Of a stretch of 64,000 bases of DNA, positions 25,676 through 40,439 are shown piece by piece. The notes beneath the pieces were generated by a model, which had not been told where the DNA came from, made no database searches, and worked only from the letters and a program-made list of their open reading frames with translations. Origin of the DNA: Selaginella moellendorffii (lineage: Eukaryota > Plantae > Lycopodiophyta); assembly GCF_000143415.4 (NCBI RefSeq), contig NW_003314402.1, forward strand, positions 197,804 to 261,803. Direction: 5' to 3'. Within the stretch, counting starts at the first letter, position 1. Each line of letters begins with the position of its first letter. The translations under genes and the position numbers were made by a program.

Positions 25676-25709
<34 letters not shown>

Positions 25710-25889
25710 AGAAGAAGACCTTTGAGCACATGGGCTCGTCTGAAAGCATGCTCCGACATTGTAAGTTTCTCCAGGAGAGGTAACTTTTGTCGCTTTGTTT
25801 AGGACGCCTTCCAGCTGACTGGGCCACGTGTTTGATTGCTTTGGGTCAGGAAAACGTACTCTGGGTCATCGTTCACTATTTTTGAGACG

Positions 25890-28800
25890 AGAAATGTATA
25901 TGGTTTATTTTGTAATGGAAAACAATATACTTTTGAACTAGGATAGTTTATATGTTTTAATATAGTTAACACTTTGGAACTTGATTTATAATATTAAGGA
26001 CATCAAGAATTATTTTAAAATTGGACTGAAACTTGGTTTTCTTTATGGATGACATTGTAGTTGATGATTTCATGAATAATAGACCAATGAGAATGGGAAG
26101 TGTGTTATCTTCCTTCCAAAACCCATTTTCAAATTACATATAAAAGATGTACATTCATGTAATTTATCTGTGACAATATTCTTTTGATAAGAGCATAAGT
26201 TGTGTCATTTAACAAACATATGATGTTTTTAACTGGAACTTTTATGAAAAAATTCCCACACTTCAGTAAAAAAAAAAAAAACAAATTTATATTATTCTTA
26301 TTTGCTGCTGAATGTCCTCTATTAATTCTATATGAGTTGGGATTGTTGATTACAACTTCCATCCATATGACATATAAATGTTCTATTGCAAACACCTTTA
26401 CCACATATTTAATTCTTCTTTGGATCCTCATAATATAATCAATTGCCACTTCTATAGGATTGTCTATTCTTACTTCTATAATATTGTCTTTATTGTGGGC
26501 ACGTTTTGGAAATTTGTGATAAACTACATCCAAAACTAAATAAAAGTTTGTTATAGTATGGCACAATGCAAACTTCTCTAACTAGAGCATCCATTAGTAA
26601 GATGCAAGTATGATTAAATTGAATATTCTCTAAAACTAGAATATAAGAACCTATGTGGTGATATTTCATTAGAGTTCTTCTTGGTCCACCTGCATAGTAA
26701 CTGAGAAAAATCATTAGTTTCTACCAAAGAAATAGATAGATAGACAATTTCTCACTAATAGTATTTAACACAAATAAAGACTTCGATTGCCTCTCTAATC
26801 CCAACTAAGAATATCTTTATAATTTGAGTAAAACATATATCACTTGGAAAACCATACAATTATAAGTATGACATATAATATGATTATTACAAACTTACCA
26901 CCATAGTTATGTTTTGCTTTTGCACTATGGCCCTAGCATGTATAACCACAATTTTTAATTCTTCCTCCTCCAAGACATTTTCTTCAACCAAATTATCATT
27001 AAGTAAACTATCCATCACTACCTCCAACATCACTTGTGACAAATATAATGTTCTTCCATAAATCATATCCAAACCCATTTACTGGATTATATAGTTTTTA
27101 CTTTCCCTCTAAATCCACTCTATTATTTTCTATTGTGCTAACTTGTGCATTTTTAGTGAGAATAAGTGTTTACCTATGGTTATAAAAAGTAGATTTGGTG
27201 AAAAAATAACCTTTTGGTGCTTTTGTTGCAACACATAATAGACAACAATAATTTTTCTTTCTTTTTTGCTTTGGTTTGGTATAAACTATTGATATGTGCC
27301 ATCTTTTGGCTAACCTAGTGATTTCAATCCTTACATAAGTATTGCAACAAACATTACAAGGCAAACACACTTTTGCAAAACTTGTGAAATTTAAAAATAC
27401 ACAATTATCACATATCTTTTAGTGTTTTTAATGTTGTCATCCTTGTGGTTTTTTGCTGCTTTCTTTCAAAAATATAATATTGTTACAAATATTTTTTTTG
27501 AGGTATTTTTTAAGTCCTTATTTAGCAAATTCATGATGGAGGTAAAGAAGATAAATTGCCCAATCCGTGATGCTTTTTGGGATTGAGCTCATAAGTAACG
27601 TTTGATAAATATAAAACATAGTAAGGTTAAGGCTTTGTACTTATTTTTATTGATATAAGTTTCTTTATTTTGGTATCATGCTTATTTTAACAAATTTTTT
27701 TGACTCTTTGAGTTAAGTAAGGATCATTTGCTCTTCTCTAATGCTATAAAGGTTTTAGTAAAGATCCAGCTCATATCCTTGTGCATCCAATGTGCCAACT
27801 ATGTTTTTAAGTGATTTTTATTTGGTTTTGGAAATCTTTTATCTACAATTCACATATACACTACTATATGTGTTGCTAGAGCTTACCATTGCATCCACAA
27901 TAACATTAACATGTCTTTAATTGATCTTGACATGATGCAAACTAAATGACTGTATTCAAGAATGCCCTATGATTTGCAAATGATTTTGGACTTGGAAAAT
28001 GGTTGAGGTTGTGATTGGTGGCATAGTTAGCATGCTGTTGTTTTACATTATAATAAGGTCCACTCACTATAGTGCTATTTTGCTTGCAAAGCAATTAAAA
28101 CTAGTAAAGTGATGTTTTTAATTATACATTTTTAAAAATATTTATGTATTTTGATTATTAGGATATAAGTTGTGGCTTGATTTTAGAAGAAACTCCATAC
28201 CCCAGAAGTAATTTAAGAAGAAAAATAGTCCAATAATGCAATTATGGAGATAGAAAGTCTCTCTAGAGAGACCACAATATTAGATATGGTAACAAATAAA
28301 TTTGATTTTAGAGAAAGTGAAGCAGAAGTTTTTAGTGCACATAGTTATAATAGCATAATTAGTTAAAATCAATATAGGTTTGTTAATCAATTTATATACA
28401 TTTGAACTTCCCACGTATGAGCTAAGGTTTGCATAGTAGAGTTTAGTGGGTGGCAAGATTGTAGAGATGCTAAGTTTTGTATCTTTCCATTGTTGTAGTT
28501 AAATCGACGAGTTGAGATAAGGTAAGTAATGGGTAAAAATACATAAAGTGAATCCTTTTTTTTTCTTTAAATGTTTATGACCCTAGCAAGATTGAATGAA
28601 CCATCTAGCAAGGGATTGTGTAAATATATTGAGAGTGTTTATTTAGCTAGAGTGTTGCCAAACTTCATTAACAAGATTAAGAGTGATGGATTTTTTAGAG
28701 AGGACTATTTCAAACTCAACATTTTGATATGGATGAGCATTGGAGCAAAAATGGGGGATGCAATCCAAATGACAAAGACACTCAAGAATCTCAATGATTC

Positions 28801-31100
28801 ATCGGAGTAGGTATGCAATAAAAGGCATGCCCAAAATAAAAGCCCTTTACGAAGACAATAGTGCGAGCTAACACCCACTCAAAAACAAAACACACCAAGT
28901 CAAGGATTATAATAGTGGCAACTAAGGTTTGCAACACCAATTTTCAATGTTAAAAAATACTCCAAGCGCTTACTAAATTTCCCATTAGCTTTATTTGGCA
29001 AGAATTTACTTTATGAGTTATTATAAATCTTTCCTAACTACAAAAAAGGATACTTCAAATGTGAAAGGCAAGTGGAGCAAAGAATTAAGCTCAATCAAAA
29101 GAGGATACTTCAAATGTAAAAGGAAAGTGGAGCAAAGAACTAAGTTAATTAAGTCAGTTCATGAGTGCAAATTGGATAACCATGCCTTTTGTGTTTGTGA
29201 GTTCAAGATAAAAAAGATCTTCATTGTATTGCGGTATCAACTTAAAAAAGCAGTGGTTGTTAAAATAGAGCAAATAAAAGTGTTTATAAAATACTTATAT
29301 GACTAGAGTGTTATAGATCTCCTTGCATTTAAGTCAAATATGAGGTTGGTATTGATAGATCTTGAGTTTTTTAAGGTACAAACCATATTAGTTTCAATGG
29401 AAAAAACCTCATAGTTTTAAATATGGCTTTTGCAATATCTTCAAATAGTAAGGATAAAAATTTTAAATAAATGGCAATGAGAAAACTACAATAGTTAAGA
29501 AAGTTTATAGTGGCACACTCATTTAAAAGTATAAATCCCTACGAGTGAGGATAATTTCACTTATAGATAAGGATTTATTGGCCAATATAAAGATTTTTTT
29601 TGCATGTGAGGTAAATCTTTTTTAGGATGACATTTTAAAATTATGCTCAACACTAAAGAAAGAAGTATGCACTAATTTTAAATTTTAAGTTCAGAAGATG
29701 TTTTGGCCTAAGTGCATAAAGGCCATTGTCATTGGTAAGGATAATGAAAAAACTATTAAAGAGGTATTCTTTTAAAAATGATTTTATAGTTTTTAATTTT
29801 TGTTTGTGCAGCTCCAGACTAAATCATATGGCAACGGATGTGAGGAGCAACCCCTATACCCTACTAAACAAGATTGATGAAGATATAGAGTGTGAGATTA
29901 TAACTAAAGAAAAAAAATGTAAATTTCATAGTATAACTTAATTGTATATATTGTCTAATATTTTTTGGCTCTATTTACAAGTAGAAGAACACCTAAAGTG
30001 CTTCTATAAATAATTTTTTATTAAAATATAGATAATATTATAAAAAAATCTCATTATTTTGCAACAATCTTCACTAAAAATTGTTGCTTTTTAACTTTTG
30101 TGTATTAACTGTAACTAATTTATATGACTTTGTAACTTTCATCCATAATAGTAGAAGTTCAACTAATAGCCACAAATATTTATAAGGAGGTTTAAGCTTG
30201 TATATATTATATAATATAACTTTATTTATTTTTTTAGTTAACATTAGCAAAATTACGAAAAAACAAAAGAGTCCAGATAAATGATAAGATTACTCTTCCT
30301 GTGTATGAGGCAAAAGAAGTGGAATACACTATAAAGGCATAAAAAGAATCAACAACTATTAATAAAGTAATATAATAACAAATTAATATAATTAGTTTTA
30401 TTTTTTTCACTCAAACTTAGCAAATACTTGCAAAAAATTTTTAAACTAAACATAGTAATTCTAGAAAATTAGTGAAATTGCTCTTTGAATTTAACCTTTC
30501 TTTTGCTAACATGAAGTAATTCTATAAGAATGAGAACCATATTTATAAGTTGCCAAATGCCCACAAAATTAAAACTGAGTAAACCTTAAAGAATATTGTT
30601 GAGCAAAGTGTGAAGTTTGAATAACTGATTATATCTAAAGAGGCCTTATCCATAAATACTTGGATTACATTAAAAAATTAAAATGTAAATAAAACCATAT
30701 CTATAAATATGGTTCTATATATAAAAATTTATATGCAACACTATATTTGAATTATGAATAAAATTATGTGAACAAAATTGGCAAACATTAGTTTCCAAAC
30801 TATATATGTATCAGTAAACTATATACAAAAGTATATGTCCATTTATTCTCAAAATACAACTCAATCATATTCAAAATTATACAAAAAGCCATTCCTCGTG
30901 ATTGCCAAATAGCACATAAATCATGATGAAAACTATGTACAAAACCATTAGTGGTTGTGGTCCCAAAACCAATGCATTAACAATTAAGAAACCAGTCATG
31001 AAACCATTAAAATCACATATGGTTTAACCACAAACACAACCATTTTGTTTTGGTACTAGTTATAGTAAAAAAACCATGTTGATGAGCATATTGTGGTTGT
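25890..31100. mobile_element. AT-rich degenerate block, unit 3
   Basis: Homologous to 10890-15800 but visibly more diverged. Confidence 0.45.
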
Positions 31101-31899
31101 GGTGCTAGACAACACTATATGGCATGGCATCTGGCAGCCAGATGTCTTTCCCATGGAGATGAAGGCCAAGGTGTTGGAACCTTTGGTGGATCACAGCTGG
31201 AAAAATCAAAGTACTTGATAATGGAGAAGAAAATTTGTGCACCTTGACTTGAATCATGATCTGCTCCACAAGTTGTTGTGACAGCCATCAAGGCAATTTT
31301 GACGCTAAATCATCTTTGCAACCGGCAAGAACAACATTCTAGGAGTAGTGGCTCAAGGTGCTGTTTTAAATATCCTTGCAAAATGTTTGCACTATGCAAA
31401 ACACACAATACCCATTCCTCATTGAAACGCCATCATTTGCTCTCACTCACTTGTTTTCTTTTGCATCTCCACTCAGTGAGCTGCTAAGCTTCCTTAGATT
31501 ATCATCTGGAGGAAGTAGGGAATTCACAGCATAGAGTTTTGGAGTTGAAGTGTTGTTGGGATGTTAAGTATGAAGCTCAAATTGCATATGCATTGTATTT
31601 TTCTGGTATGTTGTTGTTGTGGTATTTTTTTTCCCAATATGTCTGTGGTACAATGTGGCTTGGTTTGTAAGGAGTCCTCGCACTTCCTAGTCCATTTCTC
31701 GTCACAGGGTCTTTTAGTGGTAATAAATTCCCACTCGAAGATAATATAAGCAAGGAACTAGTGGTTTCCAGAAGCCGAGTTTATTCGTCCCCAGTTTTTA
31801 AGTTGGAAAGTTGCAAGAGGGAGACTGCACAGGTGATGGAATTCTGCTGCTGTGCTCATCAGCAAAACTTGAGCACCCGAGTTGGATCGACCGGGGATA

Positions 31900-32890
31900 A
31901 GAAACTGGGAGGCTGTATCAAACGTCATCCTGGCATATGACCAAAACGCTTAAGCAAAGAGGTTGTTTCTTTTGATGATTTATCCAGAGAGTTGCTTCTC
32001 GTGTAACATTTTGATCAAGGGGTTTGTGGATGCCGGGAAGCAGCATTTGCCCTGGCATGGCATTTGGAAGAAGCAAAGGGTTTCGTTTGATGCAATGCCT
32101 CAGTATGACGTGCTCGCAAGAAACACAATGGCCACTCTATTTATACAAACAGAAAACCTTGAACACACAAAGTACAGGTTGTCTCTTTTGCAAAGTTGAA
32201 AGGTTTTCTCCCAGAAAGAAGCACAATATTAACTCTTGGCCTTGTAGATCGGAATCATACTGTTCTTCACTTTTTTCAACTCTCTCTCTCTCACACACAC
32301 ACACTAATACCGTTTTGAGCAGCTGTTCTTCCATCCAGGCATTTGCTGTTTTGGTTCAATTTTGCTTAAACACCAGCGACCTTCACGACATAAGAGCTAG
32401 ATTGATTCACAGTGAGCACCACAACGATCGCTACCTCGCCAATCTCATCGTCCAAAAGTATGGGGAGCTGTGGGGTGCTCGACGGATCATCGCTGGCTCT
32501 TGCGGAACATCTTGCTGGGAAAAATCGGTTGAGCGGAGATCCAAGAGGGATGTGGTCGCATGGAACTTGATCCTCGCAGCGTATGCCTAAAACGCTCAGT
32601 CAAAAGAGATGTTTCTTTGGATGATCGAGGAATGTTTTGATCAAGGTGGGTTTGTGAATGCCATGCGAGAAAGCAGCAGTTGCCGGGACAAGGCATTTAG
32701 AAGACGCAAAAGTTTTAATTGACGGGATGCCTCAACAGAATGTGCTCGCAAGAAAAACAATGATCATTCCTTGTTTTACGAACGGAGCACGCTCTTAAAG
32801 ATGCGATACGCCTGTTTGAGAGTATGAGCATCGTCTTGTCTCTTGTACGGCGTTGATCCAGGCGTTTGGGAATAGAGGGCTCCTCTGCCG
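31900..32890 (+). pseudogene. PPR gene remnants, unit 3
   Basis: Near-identical to 16590-17600. Confidence 0.7.
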
Positions 32891-33291
32891 ATCTTTGATG
32901 GAATCCGGGCGATCTTGTCACCGACGTCTTGAAAGATCTTAGATTCTATCCGCAATCGCCCAGTCAATGCGATCCTGGCGATGGGTGCTGCATATCATTC
33001 TGCGTGACGTGATCTCCAGGATTTGCGAAGAAGAAGGTCGTCGATCAGATGCGCGATGCTGGCGCGCAATTGATTGGGGCTTCCCGCTACATTTTCCCGC
33101 GCTATCGTCGCTACTTCTCCATTCTAGGGTTCTTTCTTGGAGGCGACGTAGGTTTTCTATTGCCCGCGTGGTCGAGGAGACGGCGCTGGGGGGCGGCCTT
33201 GATCGGCGTTGTGGAGCTGCACAGGTAATGGGGCTCAACACTCCGGGTTTTAGAAATAGGAAGAGGCTCCAGCTTAAGGCTCCGACGAGCA

Positions 33292-34866
33292 GTGCCAAGG
33301 CGAGGAGCCCCAGCCAGCGTTGGTAAATCGTGGACGACAGGGAGCTCTAGATATACGGTGACAACAAAGGCCCCTGCGGCAAAATGTTCCATCGGCAGTG
33401 GATCGCCAAAAACTCCTGCAAAAGCTGAGGCTTCTAGGACAGCAAAAGTTGCCGAGGTGAGCAATGATAGTGGAGCAGACGATTTAGATGATTCGGGAGT
33501 AGAAAGTGGAGCAATCGATGGTGGGGAAGAAGAGGTAAACAAGATCATGACTGGAGGAGGAAACGATGCCGAGGTGGAAAGAACAACAGTGGTGGAGAGC
33601 TCCATTGAGACTGTCAGGAAACATGGCGAGGCTGTTTCTAGCGCCTTAGCTGGACTTTCAATCAGAGGTAGTGCCTTGACCCACGGTAATCCCGTTAAGA
33701 TGGAAGCTGGTTGTGGTTCCGTGAAAGCTGAAGCTTCGGTTTCAATCGCAGCTGGATGTGATCCTATGAAAGTAGATGGCTTGGTGAAGATGGAAGCTGG
33801 TTTTGAGTCTGCAAGAGTCGAAGCTCCGGTTGGCTCAGTGAAGATGGAACCTGGTTATGATACTGTGAAAGTTGAAACTCCATTCGGGGGTGGTAAAGCT
33901 GCCCATTTGTGTGAAGCGAAGGTGGTTCCAATAGAAAATGACACGGCTAAAGCTGCAGAGAAGCAACCGGTTGTTTTAGATGCACAGAGGTGGTGGCTTC
34001 TCCAAGAGACTGAAGTTGCCGGGTACTCGACGTCCAGGGGATGCCTGATTCGTGTTGGCGAGTTCGTGTCCTTCAATTTTCCCAAGCCTGAAGCCGAAAG
34101 TAAGAAGAAGTTCTTTGAGCGCAAGAAGGTACGGCCGAAAGCGAGCTCCGACATTGTAAGGTTCTTGACAAAAGCTTCAGGAGAGGTACGTTTCACTTGA
34201 CTTGTTTCTTCGTTTTAATTCTAACCATTTGCTCACAGATAGAACGGCTTCCAGCCGACTGGGCCAAGTGTTTGATACCTTTGGGAAGTGCAAAATGGCA
34301 CCAGAGGCTCTTTCTCTTATGAGCAGCATAGTTCTCCATTTGAGGTAGAGTTTTCTGTGTTTACCAGAGACGTTATTGTGAAGTTATTGAATGCAAACTA
34401 TCTGAGCCTGAACGTGATTTTTATGATGCCCTTTACCACAGATCTAAGGCATGAAGAACTTCTCTTTCTTTTATTTTCTCTTTTTTCTGAACACGTTTTT
34501 GCTTTTGAGATCAGGTAAAATTCGATCAGTTCGTTAAACAAGGTAAAGTTCTCCATAACTATGCCTCGATCCTCGAACTGCTACTTCGATTACGGCAAGC
34601 TTGTGATCATCCTTTTCTTGTTCTGAGGTAGAAAATGCATCCTCTTATGTCTGAAGTTCCTGACGTTTTCTTCGTCACGCAGCCGTGGCGATACTGAAGA
34701 CTTTGCGGACCTGGGAAAGCTGGCTAGACGTTTCTTGGACAAGAATTCCTCCCAGGTGCCTTCGACGGCGTATGTCAAAGAGGTGGTGGATGATATTCGT
34801 AAAGGAGAAAGTGCTGAGTGCCCAATTTGTTTGGAGATGCCAGAGGACGCAGTTCTTACATCGAAT
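33292..34866 (+). pseudogene. RAD5-like fragment, unit 3 (longest N-terminal/HIRAN part; ends within the RING)
   Basis: 302-aa ORF with VKxE repeats and the HIRAN start. It continues with [34 protein letters not shown] and ECPICLEMPEDAVLT, then fuses to the URT1 piece. Confidence 0.85.
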
Positions 34867-34869
34867 GTA

Positions 34870-36475
34870 AGACTTTCTCAAGAGTGGTGGGGGCGACGAG
34901 CAGCTGAGGAGCAGTAGCAGCTACAGGACCCAGCAGTCGCAGCTCACGGTCCCTGCCACAGCTTTGCTCCTTCTGGAGGAGGAGGAGAAGGTCCTCCTCC
35001 ACGACCACTCTACGTCCCAGCAATAAGATTTGGTGGGTGGTCACCTCACTTCCAGCAGCACCAAGACCCACTTTTCCCTTCGGATCCATTCTTGACTCCG
35101 TCGGACCACTGATTTCTACGCTCGTTTGCTCCTCTTCCAGTCGAGAGACCGTTCCATCCGCCAGTGCTGTATCCTTTTCCGAATGCTCCGACTTTCCAGC
35201 CTGCTGATAATGTGGTTCATCCGGCGCATTCCTCTGGGGAGCTTAAAGCTCGTCCTGGCCTTCACTTCGAGTCTCCGGTGTTTCGACCCAGCGCAGCAGA
35301 GACCTCGGACTTCAAACGCGCCCCAGAGCAGCCGAGGAGATCGGTTACACCTGCGAAGGATGACAAGCAACAATTCCACGGCAATGGTTCCGAGCTCCTT
35401 CAGTTGTTACAGGGTGGTCCTGGTCGTGTGAAGCCCACAGCCTCCACAAAGGTGGATGCTACACAGGACAGTGGGGATTCTGGAGAGCCATCAAAGAAAG
35501 GAAGTCCATCTGCTGTTCACGGCCCCATAGGACCGCCGAGGCGTCATGTCGTTTCTCCTCCGCAGAGTCCAAATGACCTCCTTGGACGTTTGTGGGCTGC
35601 TCTTCCGTCGTCAAGCCACACCTTGTTTGGCGGAGAAAGCGAACGCAAGACGTCAGCCCGGAGCTTTAGCGTTGAAGCGAACGAGATGTCCCGGGAAGTC
35701 GATGGAGGTGGAGCTGCTGGTTTCGCACTTTTGAAGCGAAGGGGATCGGAGCCTGCCGCCTCGCACTACCTTTAAACGGCTACGACTATAACGACTCTAA
35801 GACAAATGATAAGCCGAGGACAAACTCAGCATCCGGAAGACTACAGGACTATCGTGGGAGATCCGTAAATGGAGAGGCCGAATTTGAGCCCGGAGGCGAT
35901 GACTTTAGAGGTGCGGGAAGGCGTCGAGGTACCGGTCGTCCAGACGCCAGACGCGGTGGTCGGGGTGCTGTTGGCCAGTGGATTGCGGTAAATGAGAGGC
36001 ATAAAGATGCTGAGCCAAGTGACATCACGTCCTGCGATATCTCTGATGGAAGGGACGAGTCGCTTAAATCTTGAAACGGGACTTAGTCGAATGCTAGGAG
36101 AAAACATCAACAGGAATGGAGGATAAAACAGGCCGACTCAAAGGCAGCATTTCCAGCGGAGAAAAAACCGGACTACAAGGTTCCAAAGGCACGGTCTTTG
36201 GCATCTCAACTTGAACGTCCAGGCTTGCCATCGGGAAGTACGCAAAACTCTTCCGTTGGCGCGGCTTTTGAGGAGTCCAAACAGAGGCTCCATAATCTAG
36301 ATGCTTTGGAAGGAGAAGGCGTGACGACCTCTCTAGATCTCGAGGAGCTACAAATTGACGGTCACCGTCGTGAGGGTAACACTCCACAGTTTGACAAGGT
36401 TTGTGCTTGCTTTTTTTCTTTCTTTATTTTCATGTGTTTGTATCTCTGGTTACAGCCGAAGGAGAACCGTTTCAG
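34870..36475 (+). pseudogene. URT1-like fragment, unit 3
   Basis: Co-linear with 4055-5650. Confidence 0.65.
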
Positions 36476-36754
36476 GACCTCTGAAGAACTAAAGGTATGC
36501 ATATGCATATTCTTAATATTGTTATGTTTTCCATGTTTTACCATTTACTCTATACACCAGATTTTAAAATACTCAAAACCACGAGAGTAAAGTAATATCC
36601 TGAGAATACGATTTGTAAGCAAAACAGAAACTATGTCTTCTCCAAACGCTGCTGACGGCTTGGAAATCTCTGTTTTTGTTTTTTGAGTTATGCAAAATAG
36701 TGTAGCATTTGCGCAGATCGAGAACCCAATCGATGTCCACTGAAGGAGCAAGGT

Positions 36755-39700
36755 TTAATCCCAGAATTTTATCTGGAGATCCGGCCGCTCCTCAAGCCAT
36801 GGTGGAACTTTCGTAGCTTTTAGGCAGCGTAGGACTTTGAGCCTGGGAAATAAGCCAAGGCCGTGATCGTCTGAACTCAATTGGGGCCACACTACATCAT
36901 CATGACCAGAGAGCTCAAGTTCCTCCAATCCTGGAAGGGATGCAATGGATGATGGAATATTTTTGATCCCCATCAAGTGCGCCCATCTTAAAAGAGTCAT
37001 CTGGTCTGTTGGCTCAAAGAAATCATTGGGGATACAGCCCTTCCACAAAAATAATGTGACGCATTTCACCTTCAGCTGTGATCTCTCGGTTGGCATCAAG
37101 AGTCTCCTCATGTAACCTTCTACATCCAGTTCATCAAGGTCTTTGGGGAGTTGTGTCACAAAGAGAGGCAAATGCTCCCATGTATTATCAAGAGCCACAA
37201 CGAATGTTAACCTCTTCAGATTTGGAAGACTTGCTGCCAAATCATCCTTGAACTCCGACTGTGCAATGTGTAGATTTTCAAGGCCCAGAAATTCAAGGCA
37301 TGGGAACGATCCATCCAGACTGAAGAACTGGATACCACTGCAGTCTAGGTGAAGTTCTCGTAGCCGCTGAAAGCCCTTTAACCAGGACAGGTCTTTCATT
37401 GTCTCATTGTTCCTGATGGTTAACAATTGTAGCTGTGGCCATTCAAGGCTTTCGGCATTGTTTTCACCGTCTTGAACCCCGTCAATCGAAAAGCCCTCAA
37501 GCTGTTTGGAATTCTTAAACATTCGCTTCCAGTCAAGTTTGATAGTCGATTTCACCATAATCTCACATCGTTTCAGATTGACAAGTTGCCACGGGCCGGT
37601 GAAATCGCCAAAGTCCATGCTCTTTGCGCACAACTTCAGTTTCTCAATGTCCACTAGTGCACCAAGGCTGCGAGGTATTTTTATTGTTGCATTGTAGAGT
37701 GTTAGCGTTAAATGTCTTAGCTTGTGTAGGCTTGAAATTCCACTCAAATCCACAGCCAGAGCTAACTCCTTAAAGGATACAAGCTCCAGCTCTTCCAAGT
37801 CGAATAATTGGGGCAGTAATGCAAAGTTGAGATTTCTGGTAGCCTTGCATTTCAAAACCTTCAGTGATGTCAAGCTGAAGAGCGCATCTGGCAATTGAGG
37901 CACATCATCGTAGGATGGAAGGTGAAGCACTTGAAGGTTTCTCAGCTTGGATATGCTCTCTGGAATAGAACGGGCCAAATTATAGCATCCATTCAAGCTC
38001 AATACCTTGACATTTTGGATGTGATCTATATCCAAACCAGAAATTTCATGAGGTCCATCGAGAAGCAAGACATCTCGCACATGAATGTCAGACAAAAGGC
38101 TGCTTGTAACCTTCTTTCCAATGAATGAAACTTTAGAAAATGTTGGAGAAATCCCAGGTGGACAATCATAGCCAAACAGGCATCCCTTCTCGTGCTCTTC
38201 CTGGGGTGGGTACTTCCCTTTCAAGATTCTTATGCACAGCTTGCGTACCATGTCGTGCACAGTTACATACTTTTCCCGAAGTATACTAGTTGTCTTCACT
38301 AGGCATCTTCGTTCCAGTTCACTAACAATCTGCAGAGGCGAGAGTTCTGACCCAACCGCTATCCAACATTTTCTCAGATGATCAAACTGGATTCGCTCAT
38401 CTTCTGGAAACGCAGCCACATAGAGAAAGCACTCTTGCAGCTTTTCATCCTTATTAAAGCGTCCCAGCTCATCATAGCTAAACTTCAAGCGCTGGAACAT
38501 CCGCTTCTCAATGTCCCCGTCATTCAACAAATGCATCTTCTCATAGCGTTCTTCCCACACCTGTGGCCCCTCATTCCTGTAGACAGCCATGGCACTGCCA
38601 ATCACTTCAAGAGCTAGAGGGAGCCCCTCACATTTGCTAGCTATTCTCTCGGCAACTTCCACAATGTCCGGATCACTAGGTAGTGAATCACGAAAGGCAA
38701 ACTTCCAAAACATCTTTTCGCTCTCGGCCTTTGATAGCTTACACACACGAAATATTTTTGCACCCAGCATGCTCAAAATGTCTTCCTTTCTGGTTGTTAC
38801 CAGCACCCGGCTGTAAGAGGACGGCCCTGTTATAAAATCCAGTCCCTCGGCCCAGCTCATGTCCCACACATCATCCAGTATCAGCAAGACACGAATTCCA
38901 CGAGCAACATTTTGTGCCAAGTGCTGCACATGCTCAAGGGTGCCTGCATTTTGGGCCCTCTCTTTCATGCCGCCCCATTCAAGAGCGTTGAGGAGCTGGG
39001 CCCTGAGATCATCCTCCGATGCATCTTTCTTGACAGTGATCCATACAATGTTGTCATGGAAATGCTGCCGGACCCTCTGGTCATTGTTCACGAATCTTGC
39101 AAGGGTGGTCTTGCCACACCCTCCCATTCCCAGGAGTCCAAACCATTTCCCCGGGTGTGGATCCAGGAGGGCATTCACCACCTCATCCACCTGCTCCCCA
39201 TGGCGGCCAAACATGTCGTTGGCCTCGGGAACACCACGCCGTTCATACTTTACGAGACCTCTGTCTTGTGGACAACTCCGTACGGAAAAGCTGGTGCTCC
39301 GCTGTATCACTCTCAACTCTTCTCGCTCGTACCTTTCAATGTGCGGGAGGAGATCGTCCTCGCAAGTGCGTACCAGCTCCGAAATCGCGCCAGATCGCTT
39401 CTCCCTGCGCGACAGATCCATCTTTTAGCTTCATTGCTTCAAACATGAATTCGAATAAGCCTTACCGTAGTGCTTGCGCCTTCTTAGTCCATTCAGTCAG
39501 TTCAGTCAGCCACGCCTCAGCCTCACCAGAGTAGCGGAAATCTGGATTCCTGTGCTTGGGAGCATTAAACTTGTCAAGCGTGGCCTGGATTCTGGATGCC
39601 CTCTTCTCTAGCTTCTCAATGTGGACATTCAGCTCATGCTCGTGACCTTGGATCTGCGACAGGAGATCGTCGTAGGCACTTAAGGACTTCGCGATCTCGT

Positions 39701-40076
39701 TACTCCGCTTGTACCTATAGGAAGTGGAGAAGTTCAACCAGCTGCCTGCCATTTCTACACACACACACACACAAAAGATAAAATGCTACTGTACCGACCG
39801 CTTTATGGGGCTCCAGATCCTGTTGTGGCGTGATCGCAAGAGTGCTTGTGCCGTGGTGTTCCATGTCCTGACACGCTCCAAGCATTTCTCGGCCGCTTCA
39901 GAGAACGTGAAGCCAGGATTCTGCTGCTTGTGAACACTGAAAGCTTCGATCTTGTCCTGGATGTGGGGCGCCTTGTTCTCCAGCGTGTCAATGTTGGCAT
40001 TGCAGTCCCATATCTTCTTAGCAGGGCCCAGAGCCAAGCCACACAAGACGCCTGTCAAGGAGCCCACAACCTCCAT
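36755..40076 (-). CDS. NLR copy 4, ~1058 aa; exons 39799-40076, 39466-39714, 36755-39404
   Basis: Same motifs. A 9-nt deletion just before the exon-2 donor keeps the frame and the GTAAGG donor. Confidence 0.92.
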
Positions 40077-40439
40077 GCCTGTAGACCTACAAGTAAACGT
40101 CGTCTCCCAGAACTCTTGGCCTTGGTACCCCTCTTAAAATGAACAGTAATTCTCAGAGAGGTATAAGCTGTTACAAGTGACTTGAGTTTAATTGGAGTTG
40201 ATTGCTTGCAGTAGAGCCCGTAGTAGAGGGCCTCGTGCAGCACCCTCCCTCTTGCAATGCCAGCTGTGGCTCTCTCTCTCTCTCTCTCTCTCATTGCTCC
40301 GACATTGTAAGTTTCTCCAGGAGAGGTAACTTTTGTCGCTTTGTTTTAGTTGCACACAGATAGGACGCCTTCCAGCTGACTGGGCCACGTGTTTGATTGC
40401 TTTGGGTCAGGAAAGCGTACTCTGGGTCATTCTTCACTA

